From positions 29,121 through 93,120 of the IMG/VR virus record IMGVR_UViG_3300042147_000025: 64,000 nucleotides of DNA. One strand, 5' to 3'. Below, piece by piece: positions 48,106 through 57,113 of this stretch. Position numbers and translations under genes: made by a program. The DNA is from a virus. Numbering within the stretch: position 1 is the stretch's first letter; every line of letters begins with the position of its first letter. Under the pieces are notes generated by a model. That model made no database searches. It had not been told where the DNA came from and worked only from the letters and a program-made list of their open reading frames with translations.

Positions 48106-48891
48106 ATGGGAAGTCACGCTAAACACTTTATCGAAATTATTGACGGTATCGAAGTCGAGCAACCAAGGAAGAAAACACGACGGACCCGTCAGGGTGGGAA
48201 ACCAGAAGCTGTTGCAGCTAAGTTTAAGGAAGAAAAAGAAATTCGCGTGAAGCCAATCACAGCTAAAACAGAAAATCAGAAGTTGTACCTTGACAGTCTG
48301 CAAAGCAATGCAATCACGGTCGGGAGAGGCAGTGCAGGTTCGGGAAAATCGTGGTGTGCGGCTAGTGTTGCAGCGAATAAGTACCTTAAAGGTGAAATTG
48401 ATCAGATCGTAGTAATGCGACCACTAGTTGGTATGGGTAAATCTTCAGGATTTTGGCCCGGCGACATTCGCGCCAAGTTGGAACCGTACCTTTTGCCGAT
48501 CTTGAATACAATTAAAGACACAATTGGTGCTGCAAAGTATGAAGCTGACTTTGGTAAGAGTATTTTGATTCAGCCAATGGAAGCGGTACGCGGTATGAAC
48601 TTCGATTCTCGGGTTTATGTAATCGTGGACGAAAGCCAGAACTGCACTCCAGATGAGATTCGCAGCCTAGTTACTCGGATGGCTTCAGGTAGCCAAGCAG
48701 CCTATTGCGGTGATGATAAGCAGCGGGATATTCCGGGTCTTTCTGGCATTCAATATCTTTGTGATTTGATTAAGAAACATAAGATTCCTAATTGTGGAGT
48801 TGTTGAATTTACACCAGCAGATATTGTGAGGAGTGGACTGACACGAATCTTTGTAGAAATTTTTGAGGAAGAAGGGCCATCGCCCCGTTAG
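48106..48891 (+). CDS. phoH: PhoH-family ATPase
   Basis: GSAGSGKS, RPLV, GFWPGD, PY, RGMNF, DESQN, GDDKQRD, DIVRS. Confidence 0.93.
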   Translation: MGSHAKHFIEIIDGIEVEQPRKKTRRTRQGGKPEAVAAKFKEEKEIRVKPITAKTENQKLYLDSLQSNAITVGRGSAGSGKSWCAASVAANKYLKGEIDQIVVMRPLVGMGKSSGFWPGDIRAKLEPYLLPILNTIKDTIGAAKYEADFGKSILIQPMEAVRGMNFDSRVYVIVDESQNCTPDEIRSLVTRMASGSQAAYCGDDKQRDIPGLSGIQYLCDLIKKHKIPNCGVVEFTPADIVRSGLTRIFVEIFEEEGPSPR

Positions 48892-48899
48892 GAGTTTAA

Positions 48900-49916
48900 A
48901 TGAAAGAGGATATAAAGGATATCACTGGGCAGCGGTTTGGAAGTCTAGTTGCAGTGGAACTAACCGACAAAAGAAGTTCTAGTAGAGCTGTAGTGTGGAA
49001 GTGCCAATGTGATTGTGGTAATGTTGTTGACGTTAATAGCAGCAGCTTGAGGCAGGGGCACACTAAATCGTGTGGTTGTTTTTCTTTTCGACCACGGAAA
49101 TATCAACCAGAGGAGGGAGTCACTTATGGTTATCTTACGTATGTCAATGAAGCACCTAGAATTGTAAGGCCCTCTAAAACTGTAAAAGCTGGTAATTTTA
49201 CATGTATTTGCGGAAAAGAAGTTGTTAAATCTTTCCAAGAAGTATGTAGTGGAAATATTACCTCTTGTGGTTGTATGAAGGGAAAGGCAAATATTAAAGA
49301 CATTACAGGAGAGAAGTTCAACCGACTTACTGCACTTAAGAGTACAGGAGTAATCAAGAACGGAGGTTATATTTGGACTTGTCAGTGTGATTGTGGGACA
49401 ATAAAAGATATACCAATCTCTGCACTAAACTCTGGACAAGTAAAGTCATGTGGCTGTGCTAAAATCACACACGGTATGACAAAAACACCAGCGTGGCGAT
49501 CTTGGGATAGTATGGTGACAAGAATCAAGGACGAAAAATGTAAGGAGTGGTATTGGGATGTCACTATTGATGCTAGGTGGCTTGAACCGGATGGGCAGGG
49601 TTTCATGAACTTTTATGAGGACATGGGTGAGCCTCCAGAAGGACATACGCTGAACAGAGTTCACGGAGCTAAGATTTACTCCAAAGAAACTTGTGAGTGG
49701 GCAACATTAAGCATGCAATCTTTTGATCAGAAACGCAGTAAAATGAATACTTCCGGTAGGACAGGAGTATATTTTAGTGAGAGTGGCTCCAAATGGGTTG
49801 CTCAGATTAAAAAGAACGGTATTGTAACTCAGGTCTACAGAGGTACGTCATTTGAAGAAGCATGTGCAGCGCGAACAGCAGCAGAAATTGAATATTATGG
49901 ATTCTCAAAGGAGTAA
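48900..49916 (+). CDS. HNH/AP2 homing endonuclease with repeated Cys modules
   Basis: DITGQRFG..W.CQCDCG..KSCGC repeats, FYEDMG, NTSGRTGV. Confidence 0.85.
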   Translation: MKEDIKDITGQRFGSLVAVELTDKRSSSRAVVWKCQCDCGNVVDVNSSSLRQGHTKSCGCFSFRPRKYQPEEGVTYGYLTYVNEAPRIVRPSKTVKAGNFTCICGKEVVKSFQEVCSGNITSCGCMKGKANIKDITGEKFNRLTALKSTGVIKNGGYIWTCQCDCGTIKDIPISALNSGQVKSCGCAKITHGMTKTPAWRSWDSMVTRIKDEKCKEWYWDVTIDARWLEPDGQGFMNFYEDMGEPPEGHTLNRVHGAKIYSKETCEWATLSMQSFDQKRSKMNTSGRTGVYFSESGSKWVAQIKKNGIVTQVYRGTSFEEACAARTAAEIEYYGFSKE

Positions 49917-49920
49917 GTAT

Positions 49921-50679
49921 ATGAGTGAAGATAAGTTTGTACCTATGATGGTTGAGCAGTGTGAAGTTTTTCAATCTAGTTACACTAACAATGTCTTTGA
50001 TATCATTCTTGATGACTATATTCGTGAACCTTCATACTACCGACAAGCTTTCCATGTGTTGCGAACGGCTCAGAAAGGGGATCGCGTAAATTTGATCATA
50101 AATAATGGCGGGGGATCTGTGAATTCCGCTATTATGTTTATAAATTTGATCGAAGAAACAGAAGCTGAGGTTCTGGCTGTCTTGGAGGGTGAGACTCATT
50201 CTGCTGCATCGATGATCGCACTTTCGGCTCACGGTGTACATGTCAAGCCTTTTGCATCTATGATGATTCATAACGCCACGTTTGGAACATTTAATACGGT
50301 GCAGAACGTTATCGATCATGTAAACTTTACAAGTACACAGACAGAAAAACTTATCCGCAAAGTCTATAAATCATTCCTCACGGAGCCGGAAATCGAGGAA
50401 GTAATCCGTAATCGTGAGATTTGGCTTACCGGAGAAGAGATTGGTGAACGGTTGGACGTTATGTTTGAAGCTCGTAAGTCCGAAGGGTGTGGCGACCCTA
50501 GCTGTACATCGTGCGGTCCTCAAGGTGATGACTTTGAAGACTTTGATCTTGAAGCCCTAATTGCTGAAAAAGTAGCTGAAGGGATTGAACAACACGAGAA
50601 AAATAAGGCAGCTAAAGAGAAAGCAGCCACTGCAAAATCAGCTAAAGCTTCAAAGAAAATTGTAGAAAAGGTCGAATAA
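49921..50679 (+). CDS. ClpP-like serine protease
   Basis: INNGGG, HSAASMI, MMIH, EIWL. Confidence 0.85.
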   Translation: MSEDKFVPMMVEQCEVFQSSYTNNVFDIILDDYIREPSYYRQAFHVLRTAQKGDRVNLIINNGGGSVNSAIMFINLIEETEAEVLAVLEGETHSAASMIALSAHGVHVKPFASMMIHNATFGTFNTVQNVIDHVNFTSTQTEKLIRKVYKSFLTEPEIEEVIRNREIWLTGEEIGERLDVMFEARKSEGCGDPSCTSCGPQGDDFEDFDLEALIAEKVAEGIEQHEKNKAAKEKAATAKSAKASKKIVEKVE

Positions 50680-50683
50680 TTCA

Positions 50684-50712
50684 TTGACAACGCATGTGGA
50701 GGGCTTTAAACT
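50684..50712 (+). promoter_or_regulatory. sigma70 promoter
   Basis: TTGACA-17-TAAACT, same boxes as 6436-6464. Confidence 0.75.
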
Positions 50713-50742
50713 AGACTCCACTAACACAAAGGAGAGAAATTT

Positions 50743-51664
50743 ATGATTAGCCGAGAAGAGATCGAAGAACTACTTGCAGAACAACAAGCTGACCTTGCTG
50801 CACAGGAAAAGTCAGAGAATTCTGAGGAGGAGGGATGAACATCTTTGACCAACTATATGAAGTACCAGACGAAGATGAGCACCTAGAACCAGATTTTAAC
50901 ATTGACCCTTTTATTTACTATGAATTAGACTTACACTACGCCCAAGGAGAATAACATGACCAGCTATATCTTAGTTAAATCTGACTACGGCCACAAAACA
51001 AATATTGGTGTATTTGACACACAAGAGAAAGCTGAGGCTTATCAGTCGAGGCTTGAGTTGGAGTTGTTTGATAATAGCAATCTTTGTGGTATTAATTTTG
51101 AGATTGAGGAGTTTAGTGTTCAATGAATTATGAAAGCGAAGTTATTGAAGGTTTGGAATCATCTATTGAAGGGTGGCTTTTGGGGGATGAGCAAGACTGT
51201 GTAGAGAATCTGGGAGAAGATGTTACATCCGCAGTTAAAGAAGCTTTGAATTATGAGTAGTGCATATTCAGCATTTGATTCTTTCTTGGATAAGTGTGTT
51301 GATGAGTATTACGAAGATACTGAAGAAGATCTAGAAACAGAAGAGTGGGATGGACCTTACCCGGAGGATGGTTACGATTATGACTACGAGTGAAAAGAAA
51401 ACTAAAGATCCTAAAGTAACAATTGTTGATTTTAATACTTTTACGGACTATGAGTTTATCCCCCCAGCAACCTTCTACATACTCAATGCTATGGGAGACT
51501 ACGTTTTTGTCCATACTGCATCAAGGGCTATTGCTCAAGAGTATATTGATTCTGTATATTCTAAGGGGCGTTATAAAATCGTTGCAAGTAAGCTGCAAAA
51601 GACAGTTAGTAAACTTGAAGGTGGTGGGTACTCCGTGACTGGAACGGAAACTAGGAAAAAGTAA
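50743..51664 (+). other. run of very short acidic ORFs followed by a ~94-aa CDS ending at 51664
   Basis: Successive strong RBS plus ATG sites after the promoter. Confidence 0.5.
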
Positions 51665-52155
51665 TGAAACTCAAACATCAACTTATGTACATGCGTATTG
51701 CAGAAGCTGCTGCTGAAACATCCTCAGGTGTCAGACTCAAGGTTGGTTGTTGCTTAGTCAAGAATAATGCAGTGATTGCTGTTTCTTATAATGGACTCCC
51801 AAGTTTCCTAGAAGGCCCACTGGAAGATAGGGTTTACAGTAATGGTGCAGGTGGTTGGATGGATGTTGAAGAGTTTAAAGAAATCTATCCCTACCAAGAC
51901 GAAGAAGGACATCACTACAAACTTGTTACTAAGCGAGAGTGCAGGCATGCCGAGAAAAACAGTCTTTTGGCACTGGCTAAAAGCAATGAGAGTGCAATCG
52001 GAGCTTCACTTTTCTGCACACACGCATGTTGTGAGCTTTGTTCAATTGATATCATTGACAGTGGGATTACAAAGGTCTATTATCGTAATGACTACCGAAG
52101 CACAGCGGGTCTTGAATACCTTCGTGCGAATAATGTAGAAGTAATTAAAATTTAA
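51664..52155 (+). CDS. dCMP deaminase
   Basis: KVGC, YNG, HAEKN, THACCELC zinc motif. Confidence 0.9.
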   Translation: MKLKHQLMYMRIAEAAAETSSGVRLKVGCCLVKNNAVIAVSYNGLPSFLEGPLEDRVYSNGAGGWMDVEEFKEIYPYQDEEGHHYKLVTKRECRHAEKNSLLALAKSNESAIGASLFCTHACCELCSIDIIDSGITKVYYRNDYRSTAGLEYLRANNVEVIKI

Positions 52156-52165
52156 GGAGAACAAA

Positions 52166-52609
52166 ATGTCTGACGTTGAAATGTACAAAGAGGTACAGGA
52201 AGCAAAGAAACTCTCTGACAAGTGGATTCAACCGGAGGAGATGATTGATACTAAAAAAGTTCAGTTGAAAAGTCTCACTGAGTTTGCCAAAGGTTTGGGA
52301 TATACACGTAATCTTTTACAAGGGTATTTTGCGAGCAACGACTACGACAACAAGAAACGTAGCACCGTTTCATTCCAGACAATGGTAAAATTGCACAATA
52401 ACTTCTATCAAGATTGGCATGGTGGTGATCGTTTTAAATCTCCATTTAATTTCAGCACCTACAAGATTCGTAAGGCCCGTGTAGGTAAGATTGTGCATAA
52501 AGTAAGCCTTACAATGTCTAAGAAAACTGGCTACATTCGAGCAGCCAGTAATATTGTAAGTTTTACACACCAAGAGTATGAAGGCTTCCTTGATCTTAAG
52601 TATCTGTGA
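52166..52609 (+). CDS. hypothetical protein
   Basis: AAGGAG RBS, 147 aa. Confidence 0.7.
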   Translation: MSDVEMYKEVQEAKKLSDKWIQPEEMIDTKKVQLKSLTEFAKGLGYTRNLLQGYFASNDYDNKKRSTVSFQTMVKLHNNFYQDWHGGDRFKSPFNFSTYKIRKARVGKIVHKVSLTMSKKTGYIRAASNIVSFTHQEYEGFLDLKYL

Positions 52610-52617
52610 GGTGAAAC

Positions 52618-52809
52618 ATGGACAGAAGTATTTTGTACCTCTTTTCTGATTCTTCTTGGATGTACGCATGTGAATGGAACCCTAAATTTCACGCAGACAA
52701 AGGAAAATACCACGAAGTAGTTGTGGGTCGTGGTTGGAGTTCCCGTGAAATCAGTGAAATGCTTAAAACTTATTATGAAGAAAATGCATCAACAATATTC
52801 GACCAATAG
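52618..52809 (+). CDS. hypothetical protein
   Basis: GAGGTG RBS. Confidence 0.6.
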   Translation: MDRSILYLFSDSSWMYACEWNPKFHADKGKYHEVVVGRGWSSREISEMLKTYYEENASTIFDQ

Positions 52810-52817
52810 AGATTTAT

Positions 52818-52852
52818 AGAGGGCTTGGGCATTGTGCTTGAGCCCTCTTTTT
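52818..52852 (+). terminator. intrinsic terminator
   Basis: AGAGGGCTTGGGC...GCTTGAGCCCTCT-TTTT. Confidence 0.75.
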
Positions 52853-52888
52853 GTTTATAATGTCTGTACAAATTAAATAGGAGGTTCT

Positions 52889-53419
52889 ATGAACAATTTA
52901 ACAAGTAAAGCTCGTATATTCTCCATAGCCGCGCACGAAGCTGTTCAACAAAAGAGAAAATACACTGGAGAGTCTTACTACCACCATCCAGCAGAGGTTG
53001 CAATGACTGTCTATGCTGCATATGGTACGGATAATATGATTGCAGCGGCATACCTACACGACGTACAGGAAGATTGCAACATTACAAACGAATTGATTGA
53101 GAAGGAGTTTGGAAAAGAAGTCGCTGAACTTGTTGGCTGGCTTTCAGATGTCTCTAAACCAGAAGATGGTAATCGTGCCAAACGTAAAGAGATTGATCGT
53201 ATGCACACAGCGCAGTCTTCACCACAAGCCAAAACAATCAAACTTGCAGACCTTATCTCAAACAGCAAGTCAATTCTTGAACATGACAAAGATTTCGCAA
53301 AGGTTTATATCAAAGAGAAAGAGTTGTTGCTTGAAGTGCTGACTGAAGGTGATGGTACGTTGTATGCACAGGCTAAAGATATTGTAGAGAAGGCTAAGAA
53401 GGAGCTTGGGATTGAATAA
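52889..53419 (+). CDS. HD-domain small alarmone hydrolase (Mesh1/SpoT-HD-like)
   Basis: AH..QKRKYTGESYYHHP.EVA, AAYLHDVQED, FG.EVA.LV, IKLADLISN. Confidence 0.88.
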   Translation: MNNLTSKARIFSIAAHEAVQQKRKYTGESYYHHPAEVAMTVYAAYGTDNMIAAAYLHDVQEDCNITNELIEKEFGKEVAELVGWLSDVSKPEDGNRAKRKEIDRMHTAQSSPQAKTIKLADLISNSKSILEHDKDFAKVYIKEKELLLEVLTEGDGTLYAQAKDIVEKAKKELGIE

Positions 53420-53854
53420 AATACAGCTAGAAAAGAATCTCACACTGTTGCTTAAAGACCTTTCCAGTGCAGACAAACGTTGCAAGAAGATTTCCAAAGC
53501 CTGTGGTCTAGAGGATAACCATCTTATTGAATATGCTATGGAACAAACTAAGCTTGTGCTTGATTACATTGAAAGTTTGAAAGAAGACCCTTGCACGGAA
53601 TGTGGCCTCACTGGTCAACATAAAATGTCATGTGATACACAATACAAGGATAAACAATGAACTTAGTTAAACAAAGAATTAAATGGGAGTATGAATATCA
53701 CTTTGGAAAAGAGCCTTGGTTTCCAGCCTTCTTAGATTACAAGAAGAATAAGGATTCAGAATCTTTCAGGTTGAATGCTGCCATGGAAGAGTTTTTCTGT
53801 TACACTATCGTACTTGAAGAGAAGCTTGCTCACCTAGAGGGAAAATTAAAATGA
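53406..53854 (+). other. two small hypothetical CDSs (53406-53660, 53657-53854)
   Basis: Coupled ORFs. Confidence 0.55.
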
Positions 53855-54519
53855 ATCCAGTAAAATACTTTAGTAAAAATTTCATAGGAAAAGACTTCGT
53901 ATGCGGCGATATTCACGGCTGCTTCAGCAAACTGCAAGAACAATTGTACGTAATTGGATTTGACGAAAAGGTTGACCGTTTGTTCTGTGTAGGCGACTTA
54001 GTAGATCGTGGTCCTGAGTCTCAAGAGTTCTTTACTTGGTTGCGTAAACCTTGGTTCCATTCTGTACGTGGTAATCATGAACAAATGGTTATTGACTCCG
54101 TTCGTGAAGGTGAGCTTGGTCATTCTTCAGGGATGCATGCAATGAATGGGGGTATGTGGTTATATGGGCTGTCTACAGTTGAACAGCAGTGTTATGCACT
54201 GGAAATGGAAGAGATACCTCTAGCTATTGAAGTAGAGACAGCTAAGGGTTTAGTTGGTATTATTCATGCTGAGTGTCCGCTAGGTGATTGGAATCTTTTC
54301 AAATCAATATATGAAAATAACAAAGATCGATTTGATGCTGTTGCTATGTGGGCACGTACTAAGATTACAAATGAAGATAGTTCGGAAGTTGCAGGACTTT
54401 ACAAACTGTACGTAGGTCACACACCAATGAATGATGCAAAGACTCTGGGTAACGTAGAGTATATTGATACTGGTGCGTGTTTCCGTGGTGGTAAGTTTAC
54501 TATTGTGCAGATTAACTAG
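53851..54519 (+). CDS. Ser/Thr protein phosphatase (lambda NinI/PphA-like metallophosphoesterase)
   Basis: GDIHG, VGDLVDRG, RGNHE, HA, GHT, IDTG. Confidence 0.92.
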   Translation: MNPVKYFSKNFIGKDFVCGDIHGCFSKLQEQLYVIGFDEKVDRLFCVGDLVDRGPESQEFFTWLRKPWFHSVRGNHEQMVIDSVREGELGHSSGMHAMNGGMWLYGLSTVEQQCYALEMEEIPLAIEVETAKGLVGIIHAECPLGDWNLFKSIYENNKDRFDAVAMWARTKITNEDSSEVAGLYKLYVGHTPMNDAKTLGNVEYIDTGACFRGGKFTIVQIN

Positions 54520-54530
54520 GAGAAATTAAA

Positions 54531-54893
54531 ATGATCAAGAAAGGAAATCCAGACTTCAAACCGATGTCTGACGCTCAACGCGAAGAAATACGACTTAAAC
54601 GAATTGCAGACCAAGAATACGCACGAGAACACTTGCAACTAGACCGTCCAGACGAAGCATATTGGAAGTCTGAAGCATCTGCCCGAGGAATCCGTATGCC
54701 TCAATGGCACATTCTTGGGAATGAAGTAAAATACATTAAAAGAGCTTGCAAGAAACTTGGCGTTGATGTAAAAGAATACACAGAATCAACAGGCTTTAAA
54801 ACACTCAGGGAATTTGCTGAAACTAACCATAAATTTAATGCTGTAGCCATGGTTGGCTTGGTTATCGAATACGCCGTAGACAAAGGACTCTGA
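54531..54893 (+). CDS. hypothetical protein
   Basis: AGGAG RBS, 120 aa. Confidence 0.7.
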   Translation: MIKKGNPDFKPMSDAQREEIRLKRIADQEYAREHLQLDRPDEAYWKSEASARGIRMPQWHILGNEVKYIKRACKKLGVDVKEYTESTGFKTLREFAETNHKFNAVAMVGLVIEYAVDKGL

Positions 54894-54895
54894 TC

Positions 54896-54948
54896 AATAG
54901 GGTAATTGCGGGAGTAAATAGGGTAAGTTGGCGTAGTTTTACCCTATT
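54896..54948. repeat. three copies of AATAGGGTAA (two direct, one inverted)
   Basis: 54896-54905, 54917-54926 and reverse complement at 54939-54948. Confidence 0.8.
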
Positions 54949-55035
54949 AAAACCGTCCTAGCCAAAAAGAGCTTGCGTACTATGTCTGAGGGTGTTATCC
55001 TTCTTTTAAGGGTATAAAACTCCCTATAGATATTA

Positions 55036-55509
55036 ATGGAGAATATTATGATTAAAAGAATTTTAGCTCTCAGATATGTGTGCAAGAAATATGACTTAAA
55101 ATATCACTTGAAATTCTTCGGTGACGAAGGGTGGATTGCACCTGAAGAGCAGATTATCTGTGTCAGCTTGTTCCAAAAACACTTCTATGAAACCCTCTAT
55201 CACGAAGTGGGACACATGGTGGCAGAAAGGAGTTTGGGCTTTAAGAGGAAATATTTTAAAGCTAGGTGGTTTAGTCGTCTTCAATTCGGTGACTACTATG
55301 ATGTGTTTGTAAGAATTGAGGAAGAAGCTAAGGCTAGTAAATTCGCCATGAGGGTGCTTAAGACTAAGGACAGGACATATCTGAAGAACTCTTGGCACAC
55401 ATACACATCAACAGTTGCTAGGTTGATTCGTTCTGATGAGCTGGATGTGTATGTAAAAACAGTTGCAAAATACAGTAAATACTTTGAAAACAAATTGGAG
55501 ATTAAATGA
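55036..55509 (+). CDS. HExxH zinc-metallopeptidase-like protein
   Basis: LYHEVGH plus downstream EEEAKAS.FA; promoter TTGCGT-17-TATCCT at 54973-55001. Confidence 0.6.
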   Translation: MENIMIKRILALRYVCKKYDLKYHLKFFGDEGWIAPEEQIICVSLFQKHFYETLYHEVGHMVAERSLGFKRKYFKARWFSRLQFGDYYDVFVRIEEEAKASKFAMRVLKTKDRTYLKNSWHTYTSTVARLIRSDELDVYVKTVAKYSKYFENKLEIK

Positions 55510-55510
55510 A

Positions 55511-56018
55511 ATGTTAGTTCTTATATATCTGATTGTTGCGTTAGTTGTCCTATATGTAGAGGCTATAAATTGCTATAGAGATAAAGTGAAGTTAAATCTT
55601 GTACATGAGGCTGTATTCTCAGTTTTGTGGATTGTAACTCTTCCTCTGGCCATTTACACTATTTGGAAGGAGTAGAAATGAGTTTATTTGAAGACTGGTA
55701 TCTCACTTATTTCCAAGACTTTATTGATCTTGAGGAAGATCTTATAAAAAATGAAGATGGGGAGTATCTAGACGTGCGGGTGGATTTAATGCACAAAGCC
55801 TTTCTTGCTGGGCAAGTGTTGTGTGAGGAATTTAAATGACCAGAGAATATTCCCATGACAGAGAAGTGATTAAGGACTTCATCCGCTTCTTGTCAGATCA
55901 GCATAAAGCTTGTGTAATTCAGTTTCCTGATGAGTTTGCAGCTAATAGTTATGTTAACTATCGTTTTATTAACGTTTCAGAAATATTGGAAGAATTTATT
56001 GAGTGGAGAAAGCAGTGA
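55511..56018 (+). other. three small hypothetical CDSs
   Basis: Coupled ORFs ending at 55675, 55839 and 56018. Confidence 0.55.
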
Positions 56019-56848
56019 GCATTCAAATGCAAAACCAGACAATCATGTTAGGGAATCAGTACATATACGTTTCTATTAAGCCGGGGAAGGTTGGGACTGT
56101 TCCTCTGTTGATCATGAATGGCATTGGAGCGAATACAACTTTACTGACTCCTTTTGTCGAAGCTATGCACGAGTCGAATCCTGATATTGAGATTATTACT
56201 TTCGATGTACCGGGAGTTGGTGGTAGTTCTACACCTTCTCTTCCGTACAGGTTTAGTGGCTTGGCTAAGACCGTTGGACAAATGCTTGATTGTCTCAACT
56301 ACGCACAAGTAGATGTACTTGGCCTAAGCTGGGGTGGATTTTTGGCGTGCCAGTTCGCATATGATTACCCACAAAGATGTAAGAAACTAATCCTATGTGC
56401 TACAGCAACAGGCGTAACATCCGTTCCACCTAGTTTTAAGGTGTTGTCGCTGATGGCTTCACCTAGACGCTACTCTGACTCAGCTTATATGATTGAAGTT
56501 GCACCTCTGATCTACGGTGGAAAGTTTAGAACTGATCCTGAGCTAGCAGTTAAATATGCACAGAAGATGGAAGCTAATAGGTCTGAGAATAAAGCTAATG
56601 CCGCTGGATACAAGTTTCAACAGTTAGCTATTTGTTGGTGGAGCAGCTTGTGGATGCTTCCTTACATTAAACAGCCTACACTTTTGCTCGGTGGTAGTGA
56701 TGATCCAATCATTCCATTGTTGAATATGAAGATTATGAAAGGGTTGATTCCTAATTCTAAACTTCATGTAGTGGATGACGGACATCTTTTCCTTCTTTGT
56801 TCAACTGATGTAGTAACACCTATTATTAATGAGTTTTTGGGGAACTAG
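56015..56848 (+). CDS. phaZ: intracellular mcl-poly(3-hydroxyalkanoate) depolymerase
   Basis: PLLIMNGIGAN, FDVPGVGGSSTP..PYRF.GLAK, GLSWGG, MASPRRY, IYGG.FR.DP, QPTL.L.G.DDPIIPL.NM, DDGHLFL. Confidence 0.9.
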   Translation: MSIQMQNQTIMLGNQYIYVSIKPGKVGTVPLLIMNGIGANTTLLTPFVEAMHESNPDIEIITFDVPGVGGSSTPSLPYRFSGLAKTVGQMLDCLNYAQVDVLGLSWGGFLACQFAYDYPQRCKKLILCATATGVTSVPPSFKVLSLMASPRRYSDSAYMIEVAPLIYGGKFRTDPELAVKYAQKMEANRSENKANAAGYKFQQLAICWWSSLWMLPYIKQPTLLLGGSDDPIIPLLNMKIMKGLIPNSKLHVVDDGHLFLLCSTDVVTPIINEFLGN

Positions 56849-56849
56849 A

Positions 56850-57005
56850 ATGACAGCAAAACAACCGACACCAATGCCTGAAGGGATCAACAGACCAAAG
56901 GCTCCTGCTGCACCTCCTAAGCCAAATAACCTTACACTAGAGCAAGCATTTGATATCATGTTTGAGAGGTACAAGGATGCTCTTGAGGAGTTGAGTGAAA
57001 AATGA
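56850..57005 (+). CDS. 51-aa Pro-rich peptide with C-terminal amphipathic helix
   Basis: MTAKQPTPMP...LEQAFDIMFERYKDALEELSEK; not in ORF track. Confidence 0.55.
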   Translation: MTAKQPTPMPEGINRPKAPAAPPKPNNLTLEQAFDIMFERYKDALEELSEK

Positions 57006-57113
57006 CTACGGAACGCTGCTCCTGTGGAGCTAGAGAGAAGAATAAGTGTAGCAAAGAATCTACTCACGGTTATGGCAAGATGTGCGTGAAGGAATTGAAA
57101 GAGGGGAGTAAGA

